Shown here piece after piece: positions 10,452-22,615 of a DNA stretch of 64,000 nucleotides. Position 1 is the stretch's first letter, and every line of letters begins with the position of its first letter. Source of the stretch: Gemmatimonas sp. GTDB lineage: Bacteria > Gemmatimonadota > Gemmatimonadetes > Gemmatimonadales > Gemmatimonadaceae. The position numbers and the translations under genes were made by a program. The stretch covers positions 4,576,001 through 4,640,000 of the forward strand of contig OZ257156.1 in the NCBI GenBank assembly GCA_965279375.1, in the 5' to 3' direction. The notes beneath the pieces were generated by a model. That model saw only the letters and a program-made list of their open reading frames with translations. It did not search any database and was not told where the DNA came from.

Positions 10452-10700
10452 GTTCGCTGGTTGAGCGGCACCTTCCCTCGGCGTACCGCAGTCTCGATTG
10501 CCCGTAGCGAACCCGCACAGGGAACAGTTTGTCTGCCCCAGCGTTTGAGGCGACAGTGTGTGCGGGGCGGCGTGCGCGGTTCCGCGGTACCTGCCTTCTG
10601 CTTAGACCATCACATGTGGGCCCGTCGTGTTGCGATCGGTTCACCGTCCAGATCGAGTGCTCTGCATGCCATTCCCGTTGACGCGGATGCCGACCGAAGC

Positions 10701-11678
10701 ATGATCCAGCACGATCATGTCGACGACGCGCTCCAATGCGAGCGGATCACACGAGCGCACGCGCGCACCTTCTCGCTGGCCAGCCGCTTGCTGCCGTCGG
10801 AGAAGCGTCGCGCCGCCTTTGCGCTGTACGCATTCTGCCGCATTGCGGACGACTTGGTCGATCAGGCGGATCACGACAACGTCGCGCAGCTCGCCTCCCA
10901 GCTGAAGGACTACGAGCATCAGCTGCAGGCGGCGATCGCAGGCCAGCCGAGTGGTCCGATCTTTCGCGAAGTGGCGTGGGTCACCCGCGCGTACAACGTG
11001 CCGCCTGCCCCGCTGTTCGAGCTGTTGAGTGGCGTGGCGCGTGACCTCGAGGCCGCCGAATACGACTCATGGACGTCGCTCGAGGCGTACTGCGAAGGTG
11101 TGGCAAGTTCGGTGGGCGAGATGTGCACGCACGTGTTCGGCGTGCCGGGCGGACCGGCGATGCGCGAACGGGCGGTGAAGTACGCGCGCACCCTCGGCGT
11201 GGCCATGCAGCTCACCAACATCCTGCGTGATGTCGGCGAAGATGCCAAGCGCGGCCGCTGCTACCTGCCTGCGGATGATCTGGCCAAGTTCGGTTTGACT
11301 GCGCGCGAAGTGTTGACCAATCCGGCGCTGGCGCGTGACCCGCGCTGGGCGCCGATGATGGCGTATGAAGTCAGCCGAGCCCGTGCGCTGTACGACGCGG
11401 CGACGCCGGGGATCGCGATGTTGGCACCGGACGCCCAGCGATGCGCGGCAGCCTGTGCGACGGGTTATGCCGGTATTCTGACCGCCATCGAAGCACAGGG
11501 GTACGACACCATCTCCACCCGCGCGCGCCTTGGGCGACTGGCTCGGGTGGGGATCCTGTGGGACGCGTGGCGGTATCGCGCAGCGCCGCTCGACCTCGCG
11601 ACGATTGGGGATGGCCCCCGCATTGTGTGGGAACCGAATCAACCGGTGAGCCCCGAGACCCTCGTACGCCTCGCCTGA
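10701..11678 (+). CDS. crtB: Phytoene synthase
   Basis: ARTFSLAS, YAFCRIADDLVD, YCEGVASSVG, MQLTNILRDVGED, GRCYLP; start uncertain (frame open from 10446). Confidence 0.94.
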   Translation: MIQHDHVDDALQCERITRAHARTFSLASRLLPSEKRRAAFALYAFCRIADDLVDQADHDNVAQLASQLKDYEHQLQAAIAGQPSGPIFREVAWVTRAYNVPPAPLFELLSGVARDLEAAEYDSWTSLEAYCEGVASSVGEMCTHVFGVPGGPAMRERAVKYARTLGVAMQLTNILRDVGEDAKRGRCYLPADDLAKFGLTAREVLTNPALARDPRWAPMMAYEVSRARALYDAATPGIAMLAPDAQRCAAACATGYAGILTAIEAQGYDTISTRARLGRLARVGILWDAWRYRAAPLDLATIGDGPRIVWEPNQPVSPETLVRLA

Positions 11679-11686
11679 GTACGCCC

Positions 11687-12652
11687 ATGACTTCGATCCT
11701 GTCGTCGGACGATTCCGCGGCCTCGAGCCGCGCGACGTTGTTGCGTTTCGCCATGTTCGCGCTGATCGGACACGCTTGCCTGAGCGCCTTTTCCGCGTTC
11801 GCGTTTGCGACGTTCCTCGCGCCGCCGATGCCGGCTTGGCTCAACACGCCACTCAACCTCAAGGTCTACTCCATTGGCATCCATTTCGGCGGGCAGGTCA
11901 CCGTCGTACTGGGCGCGTTGGCGGGGTTGCTCTTCTTGGCGTCCTGCGTGGGGCTCAACCGTGCGGCGCTGGTCTTCGGCGTGAGCTTCACGCTCTCGCT
12001 GTCGTCGGAGCTGATGGGTACCGGGACCGGTCTCCCGTTCGGTGCATACGGCTATTCGGAGCTCCTCGGCTACAAGATTGGCGGGCTGGTGCCCTTCAAT
12101 ATCCCGACGTCGTGGTTCTACATGCTGGTGGCCTCGCTGGCCATCTGCGGCCGCCTGCTGCCAGCGACCGACGACAGCAAGTCGCGTTGGTGGTGGGCGC
12201 TGGTGGCGGGCATCGTGCTGACCGCGTGGGACGTCTCCATGGATCCCGCGATGGTGAAGACGAACCACTGGATGTGGTTCGTGCCGGACCTGTCGAATGA
12301 GTCGGCGCTCTCTCGCTTTATCGGAACGCCGTTCTTCTTCGGTATGCCGCTGACCAACTGGCTCGGCTGGCTCCTGACGGGGATTCTCGTGGCGCGGGCG
12401 ATGCTGGCCCTCGTGCCGCCCTCGGTGTGGGCGGCCAAGGTCTCGCCGTCCAAGCTGCCGTTCGTGCTGTACGGCGTGAATGGACTGCTGCCGATCGCCA
12501 TCTGCCTGCGTCAGGACATGGTGTTGGCCGGCGTGCTTGGCACGATCTCGATGGCGATCCCGCTCGTGGCCGCGCTGCGTGCTGGCCAGCAAACGCCCGC
12601 TCGCTTGTCGACGACGCGCGGCATGGGCGACATCGCCATCGCCGGCGACTAG
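11687..12652 (+). CDS. Carotenoid biosynthesis membrane protein (CruF/DUF422-like carotenoid 1,2-hydratase)
   Basis: ELMGTGTGLPFGAYGY, VPFNIPTSW, AWDVSMDP, FFGMPLTNWLGW; multi-TM; lies between crtB and crtI. Confidence 0.8.
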   Translation: MTSILSSDDSAASSRATLLRFAMFALIGHACLSAFSAFAFATFLAPPMPAWLNTPLNLKVYSIGIHFGGQVTVVLGALAGLLFLASCVGLNRAALVFGVSFTLSLSSELMGTGTGLPFGAYGYSELLGYKIGGLVPFNIPTSWFYMLVASLAICGRLLPATDDSKSRWWWALVAGIVLTAWDVSMDPAMVKTNHWMWFVPDLSNESALSRFIGTPFFFGMPLTNWLGWLLTGILVARAMLALVPPSVWAAKVSPSKLPFVLYGVNGLLPIAICLRQDMVLAGVLGTISMAIPLVAALRAGQQTPARLSTTRGMGDIAIAGD

Positions 12653-12949
12653 GCACCTGTCGAGGTGCGCCTGCGCGAGGCCGGTCTGCCGGCCGCGCAG
12701 GCAAGCGACGCGGGCGCGGGATCCTATTGGCGCCCGCCGTCGTTCATCACAGGATGTCGATCGGAACGTCGATCATCACGCGGTGAGCTGCAGCGAATTC
12801 GCGCTCCCAAGCGGACGCTGCCAGCGATACCCTGACGGACTTTTCGACGCGATCGTGTTCATTGGCGTGCTTGATGAGCTCTCGGGCTGGAGAGCACCGG
12901 CGGCGCGCGGAGCGCGTTCCGTCCACGGTTCGAACTTTCGGAGGCGTAC

Positions 12950-14461
12950 ATGCGCGTTGTCGTCATTGGCAGTGGATTCGGCGGAATTGCCGCCGCGATC
13001 CGTCTGCAGGCTCAGGGGCATGATGTCACTATCGTCGAGAAGCTCGACAAGCCCGGCGGCCGCGCCTACGTCTTTGAGCAAGACGGCTTCACCTACGATG
13101 CCGGACCGACGATCGTCACCGCACCGTGGCTGATCAATGAGCTGTTCGAGTTGGCCGGCAAGCGCATGGACGACTACGTCACGCTCAAGCTGCTGGACCC
13201 GTTCTACAACATCCGCTTCGAAGACGGCTCGGTGTTTCACTACAACGCCGATCGCGAAGCGCTGATTCAGCAGGTGCGTGAGTTCTCGCCCGACGATGTC
13301 GACGGCTACCTGCGATTCGTGGCGAGTGGGCAGGAGATCTTCAAGGCGGGCATGGCGTTGATCGACAAGCCGTTCCACAACCCGCTCTCGATGCTCAAGG
13401 CCGCGCCCGATCTCATGCGCCTGCGCGCTGATCGATCGGTGGCCAAGTACGCAGGCTCCTTCATGAAGAACGAGCGGCTGCGTCAGGTGTTCTCCTTCCA
13501 CCCGCTGCTGGTGGGCGGCAATCCGTATCGTGCGTCGTCCATCTACGCGCTGATTCACACGCTCGAGCAGCAATGGGGCGTGTGGTTTGCGATGGGTGGC
13601 ACTGGTGCGCTCGTGCGCGGACTCGTACAGCTCTTCGAAGATCTGGGCGGCACGATTCGCTACGAATGCGAGGTCGACGAAATCACGCTGCGCCCTGAGG
13701 GGAAGCGCGTGTCCGGCGTGCGACTGGTCGACGGGGAGCGTATTGCCGCCGATGTCGTCGTGTGCAATGGCGATGTGTCGCAGTCGTATCGCACGCTGCT
13801 TCCTGAGGCGGCCCGGCCGACGATGAGTGACGCGAAGATCGCGAAGTACAATCACTCGATGTCGCTCTTCGTGATCTACTTCGGCACCGACCGGAAGTAC
13901 GACAACGTGGCGCACCATGAGATCATCATGGGCCCGCGCTACAAGGAGCTGCTCGAGGACATCTTCGAGCGGAAGATTCTCGCTGATGACTTTTCGTTGT
14001 ACCTGCATCGTCCGACGGCGACCGATCCGTCGCTCGCCCCTCCGGGACACGACTGCTGGTACGTGCTTTCCCCGGTGCCGCACCTCGGCGGCAACGTGGA
14101 CTGGGAGAAGGTCGGACAGCGTTATCGCGACCGGATCATGTCGTACCTCGAAGCGCGCTATCTCCCGGATCTGTCCAAGCACATCGTGAGCGAGCGTCGC
14201 ATCGATCCGCGGTACTTCGAGCAGTCGCTCAACAGCTATCTCGGCAGCGCGTTCGGGCTGGAGCCACGGCTTACGCAGTCTGCGTATCTGCGACCGCACA
14301 ACAAAAGCCGCGATGTGAAGAACCTCTACTTCTGCGGCGCGGGCTCTCACCCCGGTGCAGGACTGCCCGGGGTGATCGCCAGCGGAAAGATCGTCGCCGA
14401 CATGATCGGATCGGCGGAGTCCGGACATCGCGTGACGCTGCGAGAGCCGGCGCTCGTCTAA
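12950..14461 (+). CDS. crtI: Phytoene desaturase
   Basis: GSGFGG FAD motif, PGGRAY, YDAGPT, GAGSHPGAGLPGV; RBS GGAGG. Confidence 0.96.
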   Translation: MRVVVIGSGFGGIAAAIRLQAQGHDVTIVEKLDKPGGRAYVFEQDGFTYDAGPTIVTAPWLINELFELAGKRMDDYVTLKLLDPFYNIRFEDGSVFHYNADREALIQQVREFSPDDVDGYLRFVASGQEIFKAGMALIDKPFHNPLSMLKAAPDLMRLRADRSVAKYAGSFMKNERLRQVFSFHPLLVGGNPYRASSIYALIHTLEQQWGVWFAMGGTGALVRGLVQLFEDLGGTIRYECEVDEITLRPEGKRVSGVRLVDGERIAADVVVCNGDVSQSYRTLLPEAARPTMSDAKIAKYNHSMSLFVIYFGTDRKYDNVAHHEIIMGPRYKELLEDIFERKILADDFSLYLHRPTATDPSLAPPGHDCWYVLSPVPHLGGNVDWEKVGQRYRDRIMSYLEARYLPDLSKHIVSERRIDPRYFEQSLNSYLGSAFGLEPRLTQSAYLRPHNKSRDVKNLYFCGAGSHPGAGLPGVIASGKIVADMIGSAESGHRVTLREPALV

Positions 14462-14480
14462 TCGCTCGTTTGTTTCGCCG

Positions 14481-15380
14481 TTACGCCATGCGCACCAACA
14501 GTTCCGTCCGAAGCGCTTCAGGCGGCGTGGTGCGCATATCGCTCTTGTAGATCTCGTACGCGGGGCCGTCGGCAATCTTCACCTGCAGGGCCGGCAGGGC
14601 CTCACCCATGAAGCGCGACCAGGCATCGCCCAGTCCTGAGAACGGGCCCACGTGCTTGGTGCACGCGTAGGTGCCGGCGTCGAGTCGCATTTCTCCCAAT
14701 TCCGGTGGGAGCGGCACACCGTCCGGCACGCTGATCGCGGCTTCGGAGCGCAGCTCGGCGGGAGGCGTGGCTTCAGGATCGTCGTGATAGGCGGCGATCA
14801 TCATCGCGCCGGGGTGCGCGAAGAGTCCGGCGCGGCCGGCGATCTCGCTGAGCCTCGCGAACGCCGCACCGATCTGGTTGTACGGCCCTGTGTGCGCGAT
14901 CGTCGCCAAGCGAATCGCGGGAAGTTGGCGGAGTTCGACCTGCATGGTGTGTCCTCCTGTGTCGCAGGGGATGAAAGGGTGCGCTCCTCCGCCGGGATCG
15001 AAGTGCACGCCACACGAGGCGGCAAGTAGCGGACGAGCGTAGCGATTGCGGCGATAGTCGGTGGGCGCCTCGCCGAATGCCGCGCGGAATGCGCGCGTGA
15101 AGGCCTCGTGCGTTTCGTATCCAGCCTCGAAGGCGATCGCGGTCACACCCGTGTCCGTGTGGCGCAGCGTCCACACGGCGCGCTCGAGGCGGAGGCGCCG
15201 ATGCAACTCGAGCGGCGTCTCCCCAACCATACCGCGAAAGACGCGGTGGAAATGGAATGGGGACAAGCCGGCCAGCCGCGCGAGGTATGCGAGGTCAGCG
15301 GAGGCGTCGAGGGTGTCCACGAGGTGGGTGATGACCCGCTGGATCGACTGCTGGTAGAAGAAACGCGTTTCGGTCTTCAT
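14481..15380 (-). CDS. AraC family transcriptional regulator with C-terminal GyrI-like ligand-binding domain
   Basis: LSPFHFHRVF, IAFEAGYETHEAFTRAF, HTGPY, YHDDPE, HVGPF. Confidence 0.9.
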   Translation of the reverse strand: MKTETRFFYQQSIQRVITHLVDTLDASADLAYLARLAGLSPFHFHRVFRGMVGETPLELHRRLRLERAVWTLRHTDTGVTAIAFEAGYETHEAFTRAFRAAFGEAPTDYRRNRYARPLLAASCGVHFDPGGGAHPFIPCDTGGHTMQVELRQLPAIRLATIAHTGPYNQIGAAFARLSEIAGRAGLFAHPGAMMIAAYHDDPEATPPAELRSEAAISVPDGVPLPPELGEMRLDAGTYACTKHVGPFSGLGDAWSRFMGEALPALQVKIADGPAYEIYKSDMRTTPPEALRTELLVRMA

Positions 15381-15467
15381 GCGCGAGAAGCTAGGACGGG
15401 CTGGTTCTGGCCGCTTGATGCGGTTTGCGCATTCTCGGACCGGGGAGGCCCGATTAGTTTTCGCCCC

Positions 15468-16712
15468 ATGAACATCTCGATCACTCCCTCTGAGCAGACG
15501 GGCATCTCGCGCCGCCTGCAGATCTCCGTGCCGCCTGAAACGGTTGCCCAGTACGAGGAGCAAGCGGCGCGGAAGTACGCGACGCAGGCGCGCCTCCCTG
15601 GTTTCCGCGTGGGCAAGGCCCCGCCGTCCATGGTTCGCAAGCGCTTCGCCGAGCAGATCCGGCAGGAAGCGATCGAGCTCGTCGTCAATGAGGCGTTCAA
15701 GGAAGCGGTGGAGCGCGAGAGCCTGAAGCTCGCATCGCAGCCGCACGTGCACGATCTCAAGTTCGAGCCGGGACAGTCGCTCGAGTTCGAGCTGCACTGC
15801 GAGCTGCGTCCTGAACTCGCCCTCAATACGGTCTCTGGCTTTGCGATCACCCGCAACCAGGCCGCGGTCACGGACGAAGCCGTCGAAGAGCAGATGGAGC
15901 GTCTGCGTGAGCAGAAGGCGTCGTGGACGCCGGTCGCCGACAAGCCCGCGCCGGGTGACATGGTGACCGTGATGCTTTCGACGGCCGACGCGACGGGCAC
16001 GCTGCCCGAGGCCAAGGAGTACCGTCTCGTGCTGGGCGGTGGCCAGGCAGTGCCGGGCATCGAAGAGCTCATCATGGAAGCCAACGAAGGGCAGACCGTC
16101 GAGCGCATGGTGAAGTGGCCCGATGACTTCCCCGATGAATCGCAGCGCGGCGTGAGCAAGCTGGCGCGCGTGACGTTGCAGGATGTGAAGCGCAAGTCGA
16201 TGCCGGCGATGGACGATGCGTTCGCGCGCGAGATCGGCGATTTCGATACGATCGACATTCTCCGCGAGGCCGTGCGCACCGACATGGGTGAACACGCCAC
16301 GCGCGAAGCCGAGGCCGACGTGCGCGGCCAGGTGATCGAGAAGATCGTCGAAGCCAATCCATTCGATGTGCCGCAGAGCTGGGTGTCGCAGCTGGTGGAC
16401 AGCTACATGCAGATGTACGGCGTGCCGGAGTCGGAAAAGGCGCGCTTCGCGCAGGAGTTCCGTCCCATGGCGGAGCGTCAGGTGCGTCGCGACCTGATCG
16501 TGGACACGTTGGCGGAGCGCGAATCGTTGACCGCGAGTGCCGCGGACGTGGACTCGCGCGTCGAAGAAATGGCCAAGGCACGGAACGCCGATCCGGGGCA
16601 GGTGTACGCGCAGCTCCAGAAGGCGGGTCGCCTGCAGGAGATCGAGCGCGAGTTGACCGAGACGCGTGTGTTCGCGTGGCTGCTGGAACAGAACCCCGTC
16701 AGCTCCTCCTGA
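15468..16712 (+). CDS. tig: Trigger factor
   Basis: Ribosome-binding LPGFRVGKAP motif; position upstream of clpP/clpX. Confidence 0.93.
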   Translation: MNISITPSEQTGISRRLQISVPPETVAQYEEQAARKYATQARLPGFRVGKAPPSMVRKRFAEQIRQEAIELVVNEAFKEAVERESLKLASQPHVHDLKFEPGQSLEFELHCELRPELALNTVSGFAITRNQAAVTDEAVEEQMERLREQKASWTPVADKPAPGDMVTVMLSTADATGTLPEAKEYRLVLGGGQAVPGIEELIMEANEGQTVERMVKWPDDFPDESQRGVSKLARVTLQDVKRKSMPAMDDAFAREIGDFDTIDILREAVRTDMGEHATREAEADVRGQVIEKIVEANPFDVPQSWVSQLVDSYMQMYGVPESEKARFAQEFRPMAERQVRRDLIVDTLAERESLTASAADVDSRVEEMAKARNADPGQVYAQLQKAGRLQEIERELTETRVFAWLLEQNPVSSS

Positions 16713-16755
16713 GCCGACTACCCTTCCGAATCACCTGCGATAACGAGGAAGTCTC

Positions 16756-17367
16756 ATGGCGTTGTACATGCCGTACATCATCGAGCGGTCGAGCCGCGGC
16801 GAGCGGACGTATGACATCTTTTCGCGTCTGCTCATGGACCGGATCGTGTTTTTGGGCACGCCGATCAATGACGACGTCGCGAACGTGATCATCGCGCAGA
16901 TGCTCTTCCTGGATGCGGACAACCCGGAAAAGCCGATCCACCTCTACATCAACTCCCCGGGCGGCAGCGTGTCCGCCGGCCTGGCGATGTACGACACGAT
17001 GCAGTTCATCAAGGCACCGGTGCACACCACGTGCATGGGCATGGCGGCCAGCATGGGCGCGTTCCTGCTCTGTGCCGGTGAAGCGGGCAAGCGCAGCGCC
17101 CTGCCCCACTCGCGCATCATGATCCACCAGCCGTCGCAGAATGGCGGCGGCGGATCGGCCTCGGACATCGAAATTCAGGCGCGCGAGATTCTCTATCTCC
17201 GTTCCAAGATGAACGAGCTGATGGCCAAGCACACCGGCCGTCCCGTGGAGCAGGTGGAACGCGACACCGACCGCGACCGTTTCATGTCTGCCGAGGACGC
17301 CAAGGTGTACGGCTTGGTCGATACGGTGATCTCGCACCAGGCGGAGTTGATTCCCGCGGCGCGCTAG
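16756..17367 (+). CDS. clpP: ATP-dependent Clp protease proteolytic subunit
   Basis: [36 protein letters not shown]. Confidence 0.98.
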   Translation: MALYMPYIIERSSRGERTYDIFSRLLMDRIVFLGTPINDDVANVIIAQMLFLDADNPEKPIHLYINSPGGSVSAGLAMYDTMQFIKAPVHTTCMGMAASMGAFLLCAGEAGKRSALPHSRIMIHQPSQNGGGGSASDIEIQAREILYLRSKMNELMAKHTGRPVEQVERDTDRDRFMSAEDAKVYGLVDTVISHQAELIPAAR

Positions 17368-17409
17368 TCGCCACGACGCATCAGTTCATTACCGGAACGC
17401 GGTATCACG

Positions 17410-17445
17410 GCGGCGGAGCCTCTTGGGTTCCGCCGCTTCTGTTTT
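17410..17445 (+). terminator. Rho-independent terminator after clpP
   Basis: GCGGCGGAGCC-loop-GGTTCCGCCGC followed by TTCTGTTTT. Confidence 0.7.
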
Positions 17446-17603
17446 CCGTTCGTCGGCCGATACTCCCAAAGATTCCCCGCTTTGCCACGGCGAGCGGGAC
17501 CACTTCGCTTGATTCTGTACGGGAAAGCGGCTTAACTGTAGCAGTCGGTTACAGTTGGCCGGCATGATTCTTCCCCGTGCGTCGCCTTCCGATCCGGATC
17601 GAC

Positions 17604-18865
<1,262 letters not shown>

Positions 18866-18869
<4 letters not shown>

Positions 18870-21271
18870 CCGACCGTCCCGCCTCGAAGACCGGCGCCGA
18901 ACGGCTGCCGGTCCTCCCACTTCGCGACGTGGTGCTGTTCCCCCACGTCGCCATGCCCCTGCTGGTTGGTCGCGCGGCCTCACTGGCCGCCGTCGCCGAA
19001 GCCGCCGAGGGGTCGAAGGAGCTGCTGCTCGTCACGCAGCGTAACGCCGATGTGCATGCCCCCGGAGCAGCCGATCTGCACCGCGTCGGCGTCATCGCGC
19101 GCTTGCAGCAGGTCACGCGCCTCACCGGTGGCACGACCAAGATCCTCGTCGAGGGGATCTCGCGCGTGCGGGTGCAGCGCTATTCGACCTCCAAACGCGG
19201 CCCGTTGCTCGAAGCGCGCGTCACGCCGTTCCCGCTGGGCCATGCTCGGGCCGCCGCGCGCCGATCCTCGCGCGAGGAGACGCAGGCAGGGGTACGCCAT
19301 GCCCTCTCGCTCTTTGAGGACTACGCGGGGCTGCAGCGGCGATTGCCGCCGGAGATCATCGGACTGCTGCAGGGGCTGGACGACGAGCAGCGCGTCGCTT
19401 TCGGTATCGCGGCGCATCTGCAGATCCCGATCGAGCAGCGGCAGCGCATGCTCGAAGCGGCCACGCTCGACGAACTCGCCGACCTGCTCACGCAACAGCT
19501 GGGGAGCGAACTCGAACTGCTCAAGCTCGAGAAGAAGATCGACGAGCAGGTGCGCGGCTCGCTGTTCCAGAATCAGCGCGAGTTCTTTCTGCAGGAGCAG
19601 CTGCGCGCGATTCACAAGGAGCTGGGTCAGGAAGATGGCGACGAGGTGGAGGAATTCACCAAGCAGATCGCCGCGCGTTCGTTGCCTGAATCCGTTGCGC
19701 TGCGGGCCGGCCGCGAGTTGCGGAAGCTTCGTCGCAATTCTCCGATGTCTCCCGATGCCGCCGTGGCGCGCGGATGGCTCGACTGGGCGACGTCGCTCCC
19801 GTGGGTAACGCGGAGCGATGACACGATCGATCTCGCGCACGCGCGCGAGATTCTCGACGGCGACCATTTCGGCCTGGAAGAGGTCAAGGAGCGCATCCTC
19901 GATCACATCGCCGTGCTCGGTCGCGTCGGCAAGCTGCCCGGACCCGTGCTGTGCCTCGTCGGGCCGCCGGGTGTCGGCAAGACGTCGCTCGGCCGCTCGA
20001 TCGCCAACGCCCTCGGCCGCCGGTTCGTGCGAATGGCGTTGGGTGGCGTGCGCGACGAAGCGGAAATTCGCGGACATCGGCGCACGTACATTGGTGCTCT
20101 GCCCGGCCGCATCATTCAGGCGATGCGGCGCGCGGAGACGGTGAATCCGGTGATTCTGCTGGACGAAGTGGACAAGCTGGGGAGTGACTGGCGAGGCGAT
20201 CCGGCAGCGGCGCTGCTGGAAGTGCTCGACCCCGAACAGCATCACGCGTTCAACGATCACTACCTCGAGGTGGACTACGACCTGTCGCAGGTCCTGTTCA
20301 TCACGACGGCGAACTCGCTGCAGTCGATTCCCGAAGCGCTGCGCGATCGCATGGAGATCATTCGGCTGGCCGGGTATCTGGAGCCGGAGAAGCTCTCGAT
20401 TGCGCGACGGTTTTTGGTGCCTCGTCAGCTCGAAGCCCACGGCCTGCGTCCCGCGCAGGTGGTCATCGAGACCGAGGTGTTGCAGGCGATAATCCGCGGC
20501 TGGACGCGAGAAGCGGGGGTGCGCGACCTCGATCGCCGCATCGCGCGACTGGCGCGCAAGCTGGCACGCCGCGATGCCGCTGCTGACGACACGATGACTG
20601 TGACGGTGGCAGATCTCCCGGAGATGCTCGGTCCGGCGCCGCACGATCACGAGGATCCGACGCTGCACGATCAGGTGGGTGTCGCCAACGGACTCGCGTA
20701 CACGAGTGTGGGCGGCGATCTGCTGGAGATCGAAGTGAGCATCGTGCCCGGCCGCGGTCGCCTGCAACTCACCGGAACGCTGGGTGAAGTCATCAAGGAG
20801 TCGGCCGCGGCCGCGTTGAGCTATGTGCGCTCACGCGCGAATGCACTCGGACTCTCCAGCGATTTCTACCGCACGCGCGACATCCACGTGCACCTGCCCG
20901 CCGGTGCCACGCCAAAGGATGGTCCGTCGGCGGGCATCGCGTTGGCCACGGCGTTGGCGAGTGCGCTGACGGGCATTCCGGTGCGCGGCGACGTCGCCAT
21001 GACAGGCGAAGTGACGCTGCGCGGCCGCGTACTGCCGATCGGTGGCATTCGTGAGAAAGGGGTCGCCGCGCATCGGCATCGCGTGGCACATGTGATCGTG
21101 CCGCAGGGGAACGCGAAGGACCTCGCGGAGTTGCCCGAGGATGTGCGCACGCAGGTGACATGGCATCCGGTGCGCACGATGGACGAGGTGCTGGCGCTGG
21201 CGCTGCGTCAGCCGTTGCCGGAGCCGCTGGTGGAAGTGACCCTGCTCTCGTCCCCCGAGCGTCCGACATGA
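18866..21271 (+). CDS. lon: Lon protease (probable CTG start overlapping the clpX stop; first canonical GTG at 18929)
   Basis: [43 protein letters not shown]. Confidence 0.95.
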
Positions 21272-21897
21272 CCGCCGTCGATCCGCTGGTGATCAAGTCG
21301 ATCGAGTTCCTCGGGCCGATGGCGACAGCGGGCGGCTGGCGTCCGCCGGTCGACCTGCCTGAGATCGCGTTCGTCGGGCGATCGAACGTCGGCAAGTCAT
21401 CACTGCTCAATCGCCTGATGCGACGAAAGTCGTTCGCGCGCGTGAGCAACACGCCGGGCCGCACGCGCGAGATCAACTTCTTCAAGGTCAACAGCACCTT
21501 CGTGCTCGCTGACTTGCCGGGCTACGGCTACGCCCGCATCTCCAAGGCACGCAAGGCCGAGTGGCGTCCGCTGATCGAAGGGTATCTCGCGGAGAGCCCC
21601 GTACTCGGCGGCGTGGTGCTGCTGCTCGATGCACGACATGACCCAACTGACGATGATCGCACGATGCTCGACTTCCTCGCGGAGTTGGGTGCGCCGACGA
21701 TCGTCGCCGTGACCAAAGTCGACAAGCTCTCCGCTGGCGCGACGAGCGAACGTGTGCAGGTGCTGGCCGACATCGTGGGCCTGGATGCCGATCAGATCGT
21801 GCCGTTCAGCGCGCGGACGGGCGAAGGACGCGACGAACTGGCGTCGGCGCTGGTGTCAGTCCTCGCGCTTCCCGACTGGCGGGTGGTCGAAGGGTGA
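21268..21897 (+). CDS. engB: Ribosome biogenesis GTPase YihA/YsxC
   Basis: [28 protein letters not shown] overlap with lon. Confidence 0.95.
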   Translation: MTAVDPLVIKSIEFLGPMATAGGWRPPVDLPEIAFVGRSNVGKSSLLNRLMRRKSFARVSNTPGRTREINFFKVNSTFVLADLPGYGYARISKARKAEWRPLIEGYLAESPVLGGVVLLLDARHDPTDDDRTMLDFLAELGAPTIVAVTKVDKLSAGATSERVQVLADIVGLDADQIVPFSARTGEGRDELASALVSVLALPDWRVVEG

Positions 21898-22592
21898 TGT
21901 CGCGCGCCGCTCTCCGATCGGCGCGCGAATGCAGCGCGGCCCTGACGATGGCGTTCGCGCTGGCCTGCGCGCCCGCTCGCGGCTCGATGGCGCAGCAGCC
22001 GCCGGCTACTGGTGGCACGCCGAGTACCGTCGCGGATACGCTCGATCCGAATTTCGTGCCGGCCGGTTTCGGCTCGCTCAAGCAGGACGACATCGCGATC
22101 AAGGTCGCGCCGTCGAACGGCTTGCAGGTGCGCGCGGTGCCACTCGATGAGCGGTTCATCCGGCTGCTCGGTCCCGACTCGTATCGGTCGCTGCGCGAGC
22201 TGGTGCGCAGCAAGCAGCGCGCCGTCGACGCCGTGAAGGAGCGGACCCGCTTGCCCTCCTACTCGATCTGGTACGCGACCTTTTTCGCGCTCGAGCAGGG
22301 GGAGACGCGCTTCTCTCCGCAGGAATTCATCGTCACCAATGTGGGACGTGATTTCCGTCCGATCGACGTGCTGCCGCTGACGACGGGGTTTGGCGAGTAC
22401 CGCCTCAAGCAGCGCGAGGTGCAGGCCGCGCTGCTGATCTTCGACGGCCAGATCGACCTGAACCAGCCACTCACCGGGTCGATGGAAGGGACGCCGAGCG
22501 TGACGGATTGGGGTCAGGTGCTGCAACGCGTGGAGCGGGAGCGGGCACTGGTGCGCTCGCGCGCCGCAGCGGTGGTCAAGCCACCGCTTTGA
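21894..22592 (+). CDS. Hypothetical exported protein
   Basis: GTGA overlap with engB, signal-peptide-like N-terminus, host-like codon usage; family not recognised. Confidence 0.7.
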   Translation: MMSRAALRSARECSAALTMAFALACAPARGSMAQQPPATGGTPSTVADTLDPNFVPAGFGSLKQDDIAIKVAPSNGLQVRAVPLDERFIRLLGPDSYRSLRELVRSKQRAVDAVKERTRLPSYSIWYATFFALEQGETRFSPQEFIVTNVGRDFRPIDVLPLTTGFGEYRLKQREVQAALLIFDGQIDLNQPLTGSMEGTPSVTDWGQVLQRVERERALVRSRAAAVVKPPL

Positions 22593-22615
22593 CGCGCGAG
22601 GCGACGAGGCGCGGA

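Noticed and set aside
10231..14461. tRNA-Leu as the integration site of a carotenoid genomic island
   Set aside because: No integrase, no duplicated tRNA 3' end seen, and codon usage looks host-like
14481..16295. 604-aa version of the AraC ORF
   Set aside because: The extension is antisense to tig; the real start is most likely the ATG at 15380
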